A stretch of DNA of 64,000 nt from Escherichia coli (GTDB lineage: Bacteria; Pseudomonadota; Gammaproteobacteria; Enterobacterales; Enterobacteriaceae): the NCBI RefSeq assembly GCF_050920415.1, contig NZ_CP169309.1. The stretch is one strand, 5' to 3'. This document shows, piece by piece, positions 44,301 through 55,212 of this stretch. How positions within the stretch are numbered: the first letter of the stretch is position 1; the number at the start of each line of letters is the position of its first letter. Below the pieces are notes generated by a model. That model had not been told where the DNA came from. It searched no databases and saw only the letters and a list, made by a program, of their open reading frames with translations. A program made the translations under genes and the position numbers.

Positions 44301-45023
44301 TTAATCCTGCAACGCATAGGTTACGGTGGTGACTACGCGTACCGTTTTATTAATCGCCGTAGGATCATCTTCATCACTGCCACTGGCGAAGATCTGGAAC
44401 ACGCCTTGTGAGGCATCGCTAATTGACCCCACCTGGCTACCTGAGTCCGTTGCAAATTGTAATGCTGCGTTGCGTGCATCTTTGGTGGCGGCGGCAATCA
44501 TCTCAGCGCGCAGTGCGCCAATACCATTAAAGCGATAGGCGACTTTGCTCTCAGCGATAGCGCCCTCCGTAGCGACTTGCAGTTCGTTTAATTTCGCGAC
44601 GACTTTTTCGACAGCAGCAACATTATGGGTTTTTATCGTCACTGACCCGTCTGCGTTATAGCGTGGCATTGTGGGATCATCTTTCAGATAAAAGGAATCA
44701 GTTCGCTTGCTTGTCCATTGGCCCAGGGTTATCTCTTTCTCGTTAATCCCCTGAGCATTGAGTTCGGCAACAATTTTTTTCTGCGCGTCTTCCAGTTTCG
44801 GGAACAGTTCGCCGGGTATATTACCCTTAAAGTTAATCGCAATTGTTAATTCTGCCGTATCTGCGCGAACTTCTTTTTCAGAAAGCCCACGCACATTTAC
44901 ATAACGGTTATTGGTTTTTAAATGTTTAACACCATCGCCAACAAAATAACCACAGGCGCTAATCCCCAGTCCGAGGACGATAGCGGCAATTAAAGAGGGG
45001 GCCTTATTCACTGATGACTCCAT
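44301..45023 (-). CDS. SIMPL/DUF541-domain (YggE-like) protein with an N-terminal lipoprotein-type signal. Not a gene I recall at this locus in K-12.
   Basis: 240-aa ORF from ATG at 45023 (MESSVNKAPSLIAAIVLGLGISAC..., lipobox-like ISAC). The rest of the sequence has the SIMPL-family (PF04402-like) pattern ending ...TVRVVTTVTYALQD. A downstream hairpin plus T-tract closes the gene. The Shine-Dalgarno sequence is weak. An in-frame upstream GTG would give 270 aa. Confidence 0.6.
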   Translation of the reverse strand: MESSVNKAPSLIAAIVLGLGISACGYFVGDGVKHLKTNNRYVNVRGLSEKEVRADTAELTIAINFKGNIPGELFPKLEDAQKKIVAELNAQGINEKEITLGQWTSKRTDSFYLKDDPTMPRYNADGSVTIKTHNVAAVEKVVAKLNELQVATEGAIAESKVAYRFNGIGALRAEMIAAATKDARNAALQFATDSGSQVGSISDASQGVFQIFASGSDEDDPTAINKTVRVVTTVTYALQD

Positions 45024-45126
45024 ATCAGATGCTAAATGAGCAAGGGAATGTAGTGGAGAGAGGGAGTGAAAGACAGTCCGATTCAGGAGTGTGGCCGACA
45101 GCATATCGGCCACATTTTTGCAGGAT

Positions 45127-46983
45127 TTAACGCACGTTGGCGCAGGTCAGGCAAAACGCATAACGGTTTTGTGGGTCGTTAAACGCTGCCAGCTTGTCGC
45201 TTTCACTTTTAACGGTAGAGGCTACCGAGGCCAGCGGTGCAGGTAACATGGCCTGGAACGCATCTGGCAACATTGCCCGGACAGAACCAGACATATTGTC
45301 CATCACTTTGTCGAAGAAGGTCGGTTCATCAACGTAGTATTCCAGATGCCACTGTTTCACTTTTGCCAGCTCTGCTGCTTTGGCAACCGCATCATCGAAA
45401 TCCCCGAGACTATCGACCAGCCCGTTAGCTTTTGCATCCTGACCGGTCCAGACGTGGCCCTGGGCGATTTTATCAATCTGCTCCGGCGTCGAATGACGCG
45501 CATCAGCAACCAGCGTGATAAAGCGTTTATAGCCATTCTCAATGCTTAACTGCATCATCTGCTGCGCTTCCGGCGGCAGTGCCTTGGTGATAGAAACATC
45601 CGCCAGCGGTGAAGTTGAGACGCCATCGGTATGAACACCAATCGAATCCAAACTATTTTCTACGGTAGTGACCACGCCGAAGATACCGATAGAACCGGTC
45701 AGGGTGCTGGGGTTAGCCACAATGTAATTAGCTGGCGTGGAAATCCAGTAACCACCAGATGCCGCCATGCCGCCCATCGATACAACCACAGGCTTACCCG
45801 CTGCCCTGGCAGCTGCCAGTTCAGCGCGAATCACTTCAGAGGCGGTAACGCTGCCGCCAGGGCTATTAACACGCAGAACAATCGCTTTCACTTTCGGGTC
45901 AAGGCGAGCGTCGCGGATTTGTGCCGCAGTGGTATCACCGCCAACATTCCCCTGAGTTTCCTCGCCATCCATAATTGCGCCATTCGCGAAGACGACACCG
46001 ATGCTGTCACCGGTATCTGCCGGCGTTTTCAATGCGTAATCGTAATAACTGATGGCGCGATAATTTTTATCAGTCTTACTCCAGCCGAACTCTTTGGTCA
46101 GAGCTTTTTCGATTTCGGCACTTGATGCCAGTGCATCGACCAGCTTGTTTTCCAGCGCATATTTCGCGGTATCGCCACCGGTTTTGGTTAAACCCTCAAG
46201 CAACCCTTGCGCACCAGGGAATACCTGCTGAGCAGGGATCTGCCGGTTAGCGGCAACAGTATTCAGATAGTTTTGCCACAGCTCACCGATCCAGCGGCTG
46301 TCAGCTTCGCGGGCTGCCGGTGACATATCATCACGAATAAACGGTTCAACGGCAGATTTATACGTACCCACGCGGAACACATGGGTGGAAACTTTCAGCT
46401 TATCCAGTAACGATTTGTAGTACAGACCGTTGGTAGCAAAACCGTGCAGATCCACCACGCCTTGTGGAGATAGCCAAATTTTGTTGGCGAAACTGGCGAG
46501 ATAATATTGCCCCTGGCTGTAGTTCTCGCCTATGGCATAAACTGGTTTCCCGCTGTCACGAAACTCTTTCAGGGCTTTGCCGATGTACTGCATAGACGGC
46601 TGGTCGCCGCCTGCGAAGTTTTTCAGATCCATCACGATACCGGTGATATTGCGGTCATCCTTCGCCTGGCGAATGGTGTTGACGATATCAAACAGTGAGT
46701 TTTCCTGCAGACGATCGGAACTGGCACCAAGGAGCTGGCGGCTTAGCTTACTAAACCGCTGAGAACTGTCGGGTTTATCGACGATTACACCAGATATGTC
46801 CAGCAGCAGCGCGCCACGACTGGCCGTTTCTTTCGAATCACCACCACTGACCTGCATCCAGATCCCCACACCAACCAGTACGAGAAAAATAAAGAACAGG
46901 TTAAGTACCATTTCACGGACGAAATTCAGCAGACGCCACGTCCATTTAAAAAATCCGGCAATAAATCGCCAAAGGGTTCGCAT
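45127..46983 (-). CDS. sppA: Signal peptide peptidase A (protease IV), 618 aa
   Basis: Starts [18 protein letters not shown]... Tandem ClpP/crotonase-like S49 domains. The ORF-track 666-aa version is over-extended. Confidence 0.92.
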
Positions 46984-47143
46984 GTATTCTCCCAAATTAA
47001 GGTCACACCTGTCACAGGCGCAATAGATGTGGTTATCGTAATGACCCAACCGGCACTTGTCAGCAGGAATTGCGGACTGTGCTGTAACAAAATCCACTCT
47101 CGTGTTAATTTTGTGAATAAATATCATGACAGGAGTTAATCAA

Positions 47144-47695
47144 ATGGATGCACTCGAACTATTGATCAATCGCCGTAGCGCCTCCCGCCTGGCTGAACCT
47201 GCGCCAACGGGTGAACAACTGCAAAACATCCTGCGTGCGGGTATGCGTGCCCCGGACCATAAGTCCATGCAACCGTGGCATTTTTTTGTGATTGAAGGGG
47301 AAGGACGCGAGCGTTTCAGCGCATTATTGGAACAGGGGGCGATTGCTGCCGGTAGTGATGACAAAGCTATCGACAAAGCGCGTAATGCGCCGTTCCGCGC
47401 ACCGCTCATCATAACGGTGGTGGCAAAATGCGAAGAAAATCATAAAGTCCCGCGCTGGGAACAGGAAATGTCTGCGGGATGTGCGGTCATGGCGATGCAA
47501 ATGGCAGCAGTTGCCCAGGGGTTTGGCGGCATCTGGCGCAGTGGCGCATTAACTGAAAGTCCGGTAGTGCGTGAAGCATTCGGTTGCCGTGAGCAGGATA
47601 AAATTGTCGGTTTTCTCTACCTTGGTACGCCGCAGTTGAAAGCATCTACATCGATAAACGTTCCGGACCCGACGCCGTTTGTGACTTATTTCTGA
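47144..47695 (+). CDS. ydjA: YdjA, nitroreductase-family protein (183 aa)
   Basis: [16 protein letters not shown]... FMN-nitroreductase fold. Confidence 0.9.
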   Translation: MDALELLINRRSASRLAEPAPTGEQLQNILRAGMRAPDHKSMQPWHFFVIEGEGRERFSALLEQGAIAAGSDDKAIDKARNAPFRAPLIITVVAKCEENHKVPRWEQEMSAGCAVMAMQMAAVAQGFGGIWRSGALTESPVVREAFGCREQDKIVGFLYLGTPQLKASTSINVPDPTPFVTYF

Positions 47696-47811
47696 TAATT
47701 GTCGCGAAACTGTCTGGATTGTGAGCAAAGGCGCAGGAATTCAGACACTCTCACTTATCACTTCATGGAATGAGGGTTACCATACCCGGATTGCATTGAC
47801 AGGAGATGTCC

Positions 47812-48855
47812 ATGAGCGAGAACTCGATTCGTTTGACCCAATACAGCCACGGTGCAGGTTGCGGCTGTAAAATTTCCCCAAAAGTGTTGGAAACCATCCT
47901 GCACAGTGAGCAGGCGAAGTTTGTTGATCCGAATTTGCTTGTGGGTAATGAAACCCGCGACGATGCGGCGGTGTACGATCTGGGCAATGGCACCAGCGTT
48001 ATCAGTACCACCGACTTCTTTATGCCGATCGTTGATAATCCTTTCGATTTTGGCCGCATTGCGGCGACTAACGCCATCAGCGATATCTTCGCGATGGGTG
48101 GCAAACCGATTATGGCGATTGCGATCCTCGGCTGGCCTATTAACAAACTTTCCCCTGAAATTGCCCGCGAAGTAACCGAAGGTGGACGCTATGCATGCCG
48201 TCAGGCGGGTATTGCGCTGGCTGGCGGTCACTCCATCGATGCGCCGGAGCCGATTTTTGGTCTGGCGGTAACGGGGATCGTACCGACCGAGCGGGTGAAG
48301 AAAAACAGTACTGCACAAGCCGGATGCAAACTGTTCCTGACGAAACCGCTGGGAATTGGCGTTCTTACTACGGCTGAGAAAAAATCACTGCTGAAACCAG
48401 AACATCAGGGACTAGCGACGGAAGTGATGTGCCGGATGAACATCGCAGGCGCGTCCTTTGCCAACATCGAAGGCGTAAAAGCGATGACTGACGTGACTGG
48501 TTTTGGTCTGCTGGGGCATTTGAGCGAAATGTGTCAGGGTGCTGGTGTGCAGGCGCGAGTCGACTATGAAGCGATCCCGAAACTGCCAGGGGTTGAAGAG
48601 TACATTAAGTTGGGCGCAGTGCCTGGCGGCACCGAACGTAACTTTGCCAGCTATGGGCATCTGATGGGTGAAATGCCGCGTGAAGTGCGCGATCTGCTGT
48701 GCGATCCGCAAACTTCTGGCGGTCTGCTGCTGGCGGTCATGCCGGAAGCAGAAAATGAGGTCAAAGCTACAGCCGCCGAGTTTGGCATTGAACTGACGGC
48801 GATTGGCGAACTGGTGCCAGCGCGCGGCGGTCGTGCCATGGTTGAGATTCGTTAA
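47812..48855 (+). CDS. selD: Selenide, water dikinase (selenophosphate synthetase) SelD, 347 aa
   Basis: [23 protein letters not shown]... with Cys17 in the GCGCK motif. Confidence 0.93.
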
Positions 48856-48859
48856 GTCG

Positions 48860-50815
48860 ATGCGGTTGTTTATTGCCGAAAAACCGAGTCTGGCGCGCGC
48901 CATTGCTGATGTCCTGCCCAAACCGCACCGGAAAGGCGATGGCTTTATCGAGTGCGGTAATGGCCAGGTGGTGACCTGGTGTATCGGTCACCTGCTTGAG
49001 CAGGCGCAGCCAGACGCCTACGACAGTCGCTATGCGCGCTGGAACCTGGCCGATCTCCCCATTGTCCCGGAAAAGTGGCAATTACAGCCCCGACCCTCCG
49101 TGACTAAACAACTTAATGTCATCAAACGCTTTCTGCATGAAGCCAGCGAAATCGTTCACGCCGGTGACCCGGACCGTGAAGGGCAATTACTGGTAGATGA
49201 AGTGCTGGACTACCTGCAACTGGCACCGGAAAAGCGCCAGCAGGTGCAGCGTTGCTTGATCAACGACCTGAACCCGCAGGCGGTTGAACGGGCGATCGAT
49301 CGTCTTCGTTCCAATAGCGAGTTTGTACCGCTGTGCGTTTCCGCGCTGGCGCGAGCGCGTGCCGACTGGCTGTACGGCATCAATATGACCCGCGCGTACA
49401 CCATTCTCGGTCGTAATGCGGGTTATCAGGGCGTGCTTTCCGTGGGACGCGTGCAGACGCCCGTGCTCGGGCTGGTGGTGCGCCGCGATGAAGAGATTGA
49501 AAACTTCGTGGCGAAAGACTTCTTTGAAGTCAAAGCGCATATCGTGACACCTGCCGATGAGCGGTTTACCGCTATCTGGCAACCGAGCGAAGCGTGTGAA
49601 CCGTACCAGGATGAAGAAGGGCGCTTGTTACATCGTCCGCTGGCGGAGCATGTAGTTAACCGCATCAGCGGCCAACCGGCTATTGTCACCAGCTATAACG
49701 ATAAACGGGAATCAGAATCCGCACCGCTGCCGTTTTCGCTTTCGGCGTTGCAGATTGAAGCGGCTAAACGCTTTGGTCTGAGTGCGCAGAACGTGCTTGA
49801 TATCTGCCAGAAGTTGTACGAAACGCACAAGCTAATCACTTATCCGCGTTCCGATTGTCGCTATCTGCCAGAAGAGCATTTTGCCGGACGCCACGCAGTG
49901 ATGAATGCCATCAGCGTTCATGCACCGGGCTTGTTACCGCAGCCAGTGGTCGATCCAGATATACGCAACCGCTGCTGGGATGACAAAAAGGTCGATGCAC
50001 ACCACGCCATCATCCCGACCGCGAGGAGTTCTGCCATCAACCTGACGGAAAACGAGGCGAAGGTCTATAACCTGATTGCTCGTCAGTATTTGATGCAGTT
50101 CTGTCCGGACGCGGTGTTCCGCAAGTGTGTTATCGAACTGGACATTGCCAAAGGCAAATTTGTCGCTAAAGCCCGTTTTCTTGCTGAAGCAGGCTGGCGC
50201 ACACTGTTAGGCAGCAAAGAGCGCGATGAAGAAAACGACGGCACGCCGCTGCCTGTGGTGGCGAAAGGCGATGAGTTGCTGTGTGAAAAAGGTGAAGTGG
50301 TAGAGCGGCAAACCCAGCCGCCGCGCCATTTTACCGATGCAACACTGCTTTCGGCGATGACCGGGATCGCGCGCTTTGTTCAGGACAAAGATCTGAAAAA
50401 GATCCTTCGTGCCACCGATGGTCTGGGGACAGAAGCAACCCGTGCCGGGATTATTGAACTGTTGTTCAAGCGTGGCTTTCTGACCAAAAAAGGGCGCTAT
50501 ATCCACTCCACCGACGCCGGAAAAGCGTTATTCCATTCGCTGCCAGAAATGGCTACGCGACCGGACATGACCGCGCACTGGGAATCGGTGCTGACGCAAA
50601 TCAGCGAAAAGCAGTGTCGCTATCAGGACTTTATGCAACCGTTGGTGGGGACGCTGTATAAGTTGATTGATCAGGCCAAACGTACGCCGGTGCGGCAGTT
50701 TCGCGGCATAGTGGCTCCAGATGGAGGAGAAGGAAATAAAAAGACTTCACCCCGTAAGCGAGCAGCGAAAAAAAGCCCGCCAGCAGCAGAGGCGGGCAGT
50801 GGAGTGATAATGTAA
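48860..50815 (+). CDS. topB: DNA topoisomerase III TopB
   Basis: [21 protein letters not shown]... Toprim plus Topo IA domains. The ATG lies 4 nt after the selD stop. The length here is 651 aa, against my recollection of 653 aa for K-12. This is a possible allelic difference near the C-terminus. Confidence 0.9.
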   Translation: MRLFIAEKPSLARAIADVLPKPHRKGDGFIECGNGQVVTWCIGHLLEQAQPDAYDSRYARWNLADLPIVPEKWQLQPRPSVTKQLNVIKRFLHEASEIVHAGDPDREGQLLVDEVLDYLQLAPEKRQQVQRCLINDLNPQAVERAIDRLRSNSEFVPLCVSALARARADWLYGINMTRAYTILGRNAGYQGVLSVGRVQTPVLGLVVRRDEEIENFVAKDFFEVKAHIVTPADERFTAIWQPSEACEPYQDEEGRLLHRPLAEHVVNRISGQPAIVTSYNDKRESESAPLPFSLSALQIEAAKRFGLSAQNVLDICQKLYETHKLITYPRSDCRYLPEEHFAGRHAVMNAISVHAPGLLPQPVVDPDIRNRCWDDKKVDAHHAIIPTARSSAINLTENEAKVYNLIARQYLMQFCPDAVFRKCVIELDIAKGKFVAKARFLAEAGWRTLLGSKERDEENDGTPLPVVAKGDELLCEKGEVVERQTQPPRHFTDATLLSAMTGIARFVQDKDLKKILRATDGLGTEATRAGIIELLFKRGFLTKKGRYIHSTDAGKALFHSLPEMATRPDMTAHWESVLTQISEKQCRYQDFMQPLVGTLYKLIDQAKRTPVRQFRGIVAPDGGEGNKKTSPRKRAAKKSPPAAEAGSGVIM

Positions 50816-50837
50816 TGCTCTGATGCAGTCAGTTTTC

Positions 50838-50872
50838 GTAGGCCAGATAAGGCGTTCACGCCGCATCTGGCA
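50838..50872. repeat. REP (repetitive extragenic palindromic) element between convergent topB and gdhA
   Basis: Reverse complement tgccagatgcggcgtgaacgccttatctggcctac matches the Y-type REP consensus (GCCGGATGCGGCGTGAACGCCTTATCCGGCCTAC). Confidence 0.8.
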
Positions 50873-50898
50873 TAAACGCCTGAAACGGCGCTAATGAC

Positions 50899-52242
50899 TT
50901 AAATCACACCCTGCGCCAGCATCGCATCGGCAACCTTCACAAAACCGGCAATGTTCGCGCCCTGCACGTAGTTGGTTTGCTCACCTTCACCACCATGCTC
51001 AACACAGGCATGGTGGATATCCAGCATGATGTGATGCAAACGTGCGTCAACTTTCTCGGCTTTCCAGCCCAGGCGCGCAGCGTTTTGCGCCATTTCCAGG
51101 CCGGATGTAGCTACGCCACCAGCATTAGCCGCTTTACCCGGTGCAAACAGTACGCCTGCCTGCTGGAACAGTTCAGTCGCTTCGATGGTGGTCGGCATAT
51201 TTGCCCCTTCGGCGACGGCTTTAACGCCATTGGCGATAAGCTGATGCGCGGCGTCTACATCCAGTTCGTTCTGGGTGGCGCAAGGCAGGGCGATATCAAC
51301 CGGTACAGACCACGGCTGTTGGCCTTCGAGATAGACCAGGCCAAATTTTTTGGCGTAATCTGCCACTCGACCATCGCGGCTGGCTTTGATTTCGATAAGA
51401 CGTGCCAGTTTCTCTTTAGTGAATCCGCTTTCATCAACGACAGTGCCACTGGAGTCTGACGCAGTAATCACACGGGCACCAAATTCCATCGCTTTTTCGA
51501 TAGCGTACTGAGCGACGTTGCCGGAGCCAGAAACGGAAACGCGCATCCCTTCAAAACCCATACCGTGGCGTTTTAGCATTGCCTCGGTGAAATAAACCAG
51601 ACCGTAGCCGGTTGCTTCCGGGCGAATAAGACTGCCGCCAAAAGAAAGCCCCTTACCGGTGAAGACGCAGGCGGTATTGTTGGAGAGCTTTTTCATCATC
51701 CCCGCCATAAAGCCGACTTCACGACCACCAACGCCGATATCACCTGCCGGAACGTCGGTATCTGCGCCCAGGTGGCGATACAGTTCAGTCATTAGCGCCT
51801 GGCAGAACCGCATCACTTCGCCTTCGCTTTTCCCTTTCGGGTCGAAATCGCTGCCGCCTTTACCACCGCCCATCGGCAGAGTTGTCAGGGCATTTTTGAA
51901 GGTTTGTTCAAAGCCGAGGAATTTGAGAATGGAGAGATTTACCGATGGATGGAAGCGCATACCACCTTTGTACGGGCCGATGGCGGAGCTGAACTGCACG
52001 CGCCATGCACGGTTGACCTGTACCTGGTTGCGATCGTCAACCCATACCACGCGAAACTGGATCACGCGCTCCGGTTCAACCAGACGCTCCAGTAATGACA
52101 TCTGACGATATTTTGGATTTTGTTCAAGAAAAGGCCAGAGTGTGGTCATTACTTCACGAACGGCTTGCGCGAACTCGGTTTGATTCGGGTCGCGCTTTTG
52201 GACATGGTTGAGGAATGACTCCAGAGAATATGTCTGATCCAT
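50899..52242 (-). CDS. gdhA: NADP-specific glutamate dehydrogenase GdhA (447 aa)
   Basis: MDQTYSLESFLNHVQKRDPNQTEFAQAV... with GGGKGG motif. Confidence 0.95.
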   Translation of the reverse strand: MDQTYSLESFLNHVQKRDPNQTEFAQAVREVMTTLWPFLEQNPKYRQMSLLERLVEPERVIQFRVVWVDDRNQVQVNRAWRVQFSSAIGPYKGGMRFHPSVNLSILKFLGFEQTFKNALTTLPMGGGKGGSDFDPKGKSEGEVMRFCQALMTELYRHLGADTDVPAGDIGVGGREVGFMAGMMKKLSNNTACVFTGKGLSFGGSLIRPEATGYGLVYFTEAMLKRHGMGFEGMRVSVSGSGNVAQYAIEKAMEFGARVITASDSSGTVVDESGFTKEKLARLIEIKASRDGRVADYAKKFGLVYLEGQQPWSVPVDIALPCATQNELDVDAAHQLIANGVKAVAEGANMPTTIEATELFQQAGVLFAPGKAANAGGVATSGLEMAQNAARLGWKAEKVDARLHHIMLDIHHACVEHGGEGEQTNYVQGANIAGFVKVADAMLAQGVI

Positions 52243-52477
52243 AGATATAAAACCCTTATATATTAATACGATTATGCTTATGTTGTTTATGTCATGTGCT
52301 TTTGCAGTTTTCGACTATACCATCAAGAATGTGACGGTAAGCAAGAAAAAAATGACTCACGAAAGCAAATTAATAACGGGAGAAATCTCATAACCAAAAG
52401 CGATAACTCAGACGCTAAAGTTTTGCCGCCAGGCTACCGTTATCAGTAGCAGAGACAAAAACGTTAAGGAGTTCCCT

Positions 52478-52750
52478 GTGAGTCGAGCATTGTTCGCCCT
52501 AGCATTGGCATTTCCATTCATTGCACTGGCTAACCCGCATTATCGTCCGGACGTGGAGGTAAACGTACCGCCTGAAGTATTCAGTTCAGGCGGGCAGTCA
52601 GCGCAGCCCTGTACTCAGTGCTGCGTCTATCAGGATCAAAACTATTCTGAAGGGGCGGTAATTAAAGCCGAAGGAATACTGCTGCAATGCCAGCGGGATG
52701 ACAAAACTCTTAGCACTAATCCGCTGGTCTGGCGGCGCGTAAAGCCATAA
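52478..52750 (+). CDS. ynjH: YnjH, DUF1496 secreted protein (90 aa)
   Basis: GTG start. Signal peptide. Cys-rich (CTQCC). Confidence 0.85.
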   Translation: MSRALFALALAFPFIALANPHYRPDVEVNVPPEVFSSGGQSAQPCTQCCVYQDQNYSEGAVIKAEGILLQCQRDDKTLSTNPLVWRRVKP

Positions 52751-53123
52751 ACGCCTCTAATAGTGGAATGTCAGCAGGGGCCAGCGGATATTGCAGCGCC
52801 TCTTCAGGTGAGCACCAGACCAGCGCCTGATGTTCATGTGCCTGTAACGTCCCGTGGAAGTCGGGTACGTGCCAGGCATGAAGATGGATAATCCGCCCCG
52901 ACACTTCTCGCTGATGGCTGGCAACATACTCACCCACAGTTGCTTCGATGCCCAATTCTTCGCGTAACTCACGCACCAGCGCCTGCCGCTGGCTTTCATC
53001 CGGCTCGACTTTACCACCGGCAAACTCCCATAATCCCGCCTGATCGCTATGGGCGGGGCGTTGAGCGAGTAAAATTTTGCCATCACGTTCGATGATGGCG
53101 GCAACAACTTCAATCATATTCAT
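52716..53123 (-). CDS. nudG: CTP/dCTP pyrophosphohydrolase NudG (135 aa)
   Basis: Nudix box GGKVEPDESQRQALVRELREELGIE. Its 3' end overlaps the ynjH 3' end by 35 bp (convergent). Confidence 0.9.
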   Translation of the reverse strand: MNMIEVVAAIIERDGKILLAQRPAHSDQAGLWEFAGGKVEPDESQRQALVRELREELGIEATVGEYVASHQREVSGRIIHLHAWHVPDFHGTLQAHEHQALVWCSPEEALQYPLAPADIPLLEAFMALRAARPAD

Positions 53124-53209
53124 AAATTACACACGGGCAGATAAGCGAAAAATGCCATAATATCCGCACTGTTGCTCAATCAGAAAGGCTTTATATTTAA
53201 GGAGTGCCT

Positions 53210-53830
53210 GTGTTAGACCGCCATCTTCATCCCCGAATTAAACCTTTGTTGCATCAGTGTGTGAAGGTTCTGGATAAACCTGGTATCACGCCAGATGGTT
53301 TAACGTTAGTGGGGTTTGCTATCGGCGTGTTGGCATTGCCGTTTCTGGCACTGAGCTGGTATCTGGCGGCGCTGATTGCCATTTTACTAAACAGATTGCT
53401 TGATGGTCTGGACGGCGCGCTGGCACGGCGTCGAGGCCTCACCGACGCAGGCGGCTTTCTCGATATCTCGTTGGATTTCCTTTTTTACGCGCTGGTGCCT
53501 TTTGGGTTTATCCTCGCCGCACCGGAGCAAAACGCGCTGGCAGGCGGCTGGCTGCTGTTTGCGTTTATCGGCACGGGCAGCAGTTTTCTCGCTTTTGCTG
53601 CGCTGGCGGCGAAACATCAGATTGATAATCCCGGTTATGCGCATAAATCGTTTTATTATCTGGGCGGGTTAACCGAAGGCAGCGAGACGATTTTGCTGTT
53701 TGTTCTGAGTTGTCTCTTGCCGGCTTATTTTCCGTGGTTTGCGTGGATATTTGGCGCGCTGTGCTGGATGACGACCTTTACGCGGGTGTGGAGTGGATAT
53801 CTGACGCTGAAGTCGCTCCAGCGTCAGTAG
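53210..53830 (+). CDS. ynjF: YnjF, CDP-alcohol phosphatidyltransferase-family membrane protein (206 aa)
   Basis: GTG start. Motif DGxxAR...G...D...D (DGLDGALARRRGLTDAGGFLDISLD). Confidence 0.85.
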   Translation: MLDRHLHPRIKPLLHQCVKVLDKPGITPDGLTLVGFAIGVLALPFLALSWYLAALIAILLNRLLDGLDGALARRRGLTDAGGFLDISLDFLFYALVPFGFILAAPEQNALAGGWLLFAFIGTGSSFLAFAALAAKHQIDNPGYAHKSFYYLGGLTEGSETILLFVLSCLLPAYFPWFAWIFGALCWMTTFTRVWSGYLTLKSLQRQ

Positions 53831-53838
53831 TTGCAATG

Positions 53839-55146
53839 TTATTTGCTGCTGTCCGGGCCGCGCTCACCGGTTGCTACGGGATTTTTCGGATCGCTGCTCC
53901 ATTCGTACCAGCCGCCGTCGTAAACGGAGACGTTATTCCAGCCCATTGCTCGTGCGTACATAAAGGTTTCGGACGCGCGCCAGCCGGTGCCGCAGTAGAA
54001 TGAAACTTGCTGATCTGGTTTGATATTCCATGCTTTCCACATAGCGGCAATATCATCGGCGCTACGCATGGTGCCATCCGGGTTATGGAAATCCTCCATA
54101 TGCGTCGAGTCGCTACCAGCGTGTCCCCAACGGGCTCCGGCTATTTCACCTTTTGGCTTAATATAGCTGTAACCACTGGTCGTACCGATAAATTCTGGCC
54201 ACGAACGAATGCTCACCAGCGATGCATCCTGGCGATGCAGCAGCCCACGGGCCTGTTCCATATCAAGCATCAACTGCGGTTGCGCCGGGATCTTCACGCC
54301 GAAATCCGGTTCAGCTTTCACTTTCGGTGGCGTTCCGCGCTCAACAGGCAGTCCCGCGTCGGACCAGGTTTGCCAGCCGCCGTCCAGCAGGCGCACATCT
54401 TTCACCCCTGCATAGAGCATAATCTGTGCTACACGCGCTGCTGCGTATACATCACGACCATATAGAATCACCGTGGTGTCATGACGAATGCCATGTTTTG
54501 CCAGCATCGCTTTCAGTTGTTCATCAGAGACTTTATTCCACAGCGGTTCGCTTTCCACTTCATTGGTATCGATGTAATCCGCGCCGGGAATATGGCTGAT
54601 AAGGTAAAGCTTAGGAGCGCCCCAGGCCGCTTCAATGACTTTCCAGTCACCGGCAGGTTTCGCTGTAACGTCTTTTCCTTGTTGCAGGTCATGCAGCCAT
54701 TGCGGATAAACCAGCTGCTCAAAGTGCGGCAGTTTTTGCAGACGGGAAGGTTCGCTTAGCGCGTCACTCAAAATGGAGATATGCGTAAAACCTGCTTTTT
54801 GCAGTCGCGTTTTGACGGCGTCGACATCTTTGTCATTACCGTACAGCGCCACCGGAGCGTCGGTTTTCAGGTTATGTTGCTTGATCCACGCGTTGAGCTG
54901 TTCGGTGCTCATTTTGTCGAGCCAGCTAGCAGAGAGGTTTAAGGCGGCAGGTTCATGACCAGAAGGGCCATTTAAGGTTTGTGGCCAGCCGTTATAAAAC
55001 GCGCTGGGGCGAGTATCTATCGCTTTGCCATTTTGTTGTTGAAGCTGGTCAAGTGTAAGAGGCTTCGCCAGTTCAGCGGCCCACGAAGAAGCGCAAGCCA
55101 GCCCTAAAGCCATTGCCAGCGCGGTCATTTGAGAAACACGTTTCAT
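53839..55146 (-). CDS. ynjE: YnjE, periplasmic three-rhodanese-domain thiosulfate sulfurtransferase (435 aa)
   Basis: Starts MKRVSQMTALAMALGLACASSWA (signal peptide). Rhodanese active-site Cys (CGTGWRA). Confidence 0.9.
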   Translation of the reverse strand: MKRVSQMTALAMALGLACASSWAAELAKPLTLDQLQQQNGKAIDTRPSAFYNGWPQTLNGPSGHEPAALNLSASWLDKMSTEQLNAWIKQHNLKTDAPVALYGNDKDVDAVKTRLQKAGFTHISILSDALSEPSRLQKLPHFEQLVYPQWLHDLQQGKDVTAKPAGDWKVIEAAWGAPKLYLISHIPGADYIDTNEVESEPLWNKVSDEQLKAMLAKHGIRHDTTVILYGRDVYAAARVAQIMLYAGVKDVRLLDGGWQTWSDAGLPVERGTPPKVKAEPDFGVKIPAQPQLMLDMEQARGLLHRQDASLVSIRSWPEFIGTTSGYSYIKPKGEIAGARWGHAGSDSTHMEDFHNPDGTMRSADDIAAMWKAWNIKPDQQVSFYCGTGWRASETFMYARAMGWNNVSVYDGGWYEWSSDPKNPVATGERGPDSSK

Positions 55147-55212
55147 CGAAAATCCCGACATTGTAGTTTTGAGTGCGCCATTCTGAACTGACGCATTGGG
55201 AAAAACTTTGCG

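Noticed and set aside
45127-47127. 48-codon in-frame 5' extension of sppA (666-aa version), containing a CxCDRC motif
   Set aside because: The extension runs through the divergent ydjA promoter and start region. The conserved SppA N-terminus ([12 protein letters not shown]..., signal and TM) begins at the internal Met at 46983. The extension is an ORF-caller artefact.
47758-48318. 186-aa and 127-aa minus-strand ORFs overlapping selD
   Set aside because: They are antisense to selD, whose frame contains the conserved GCGCK active-site motif. They have no independent support.
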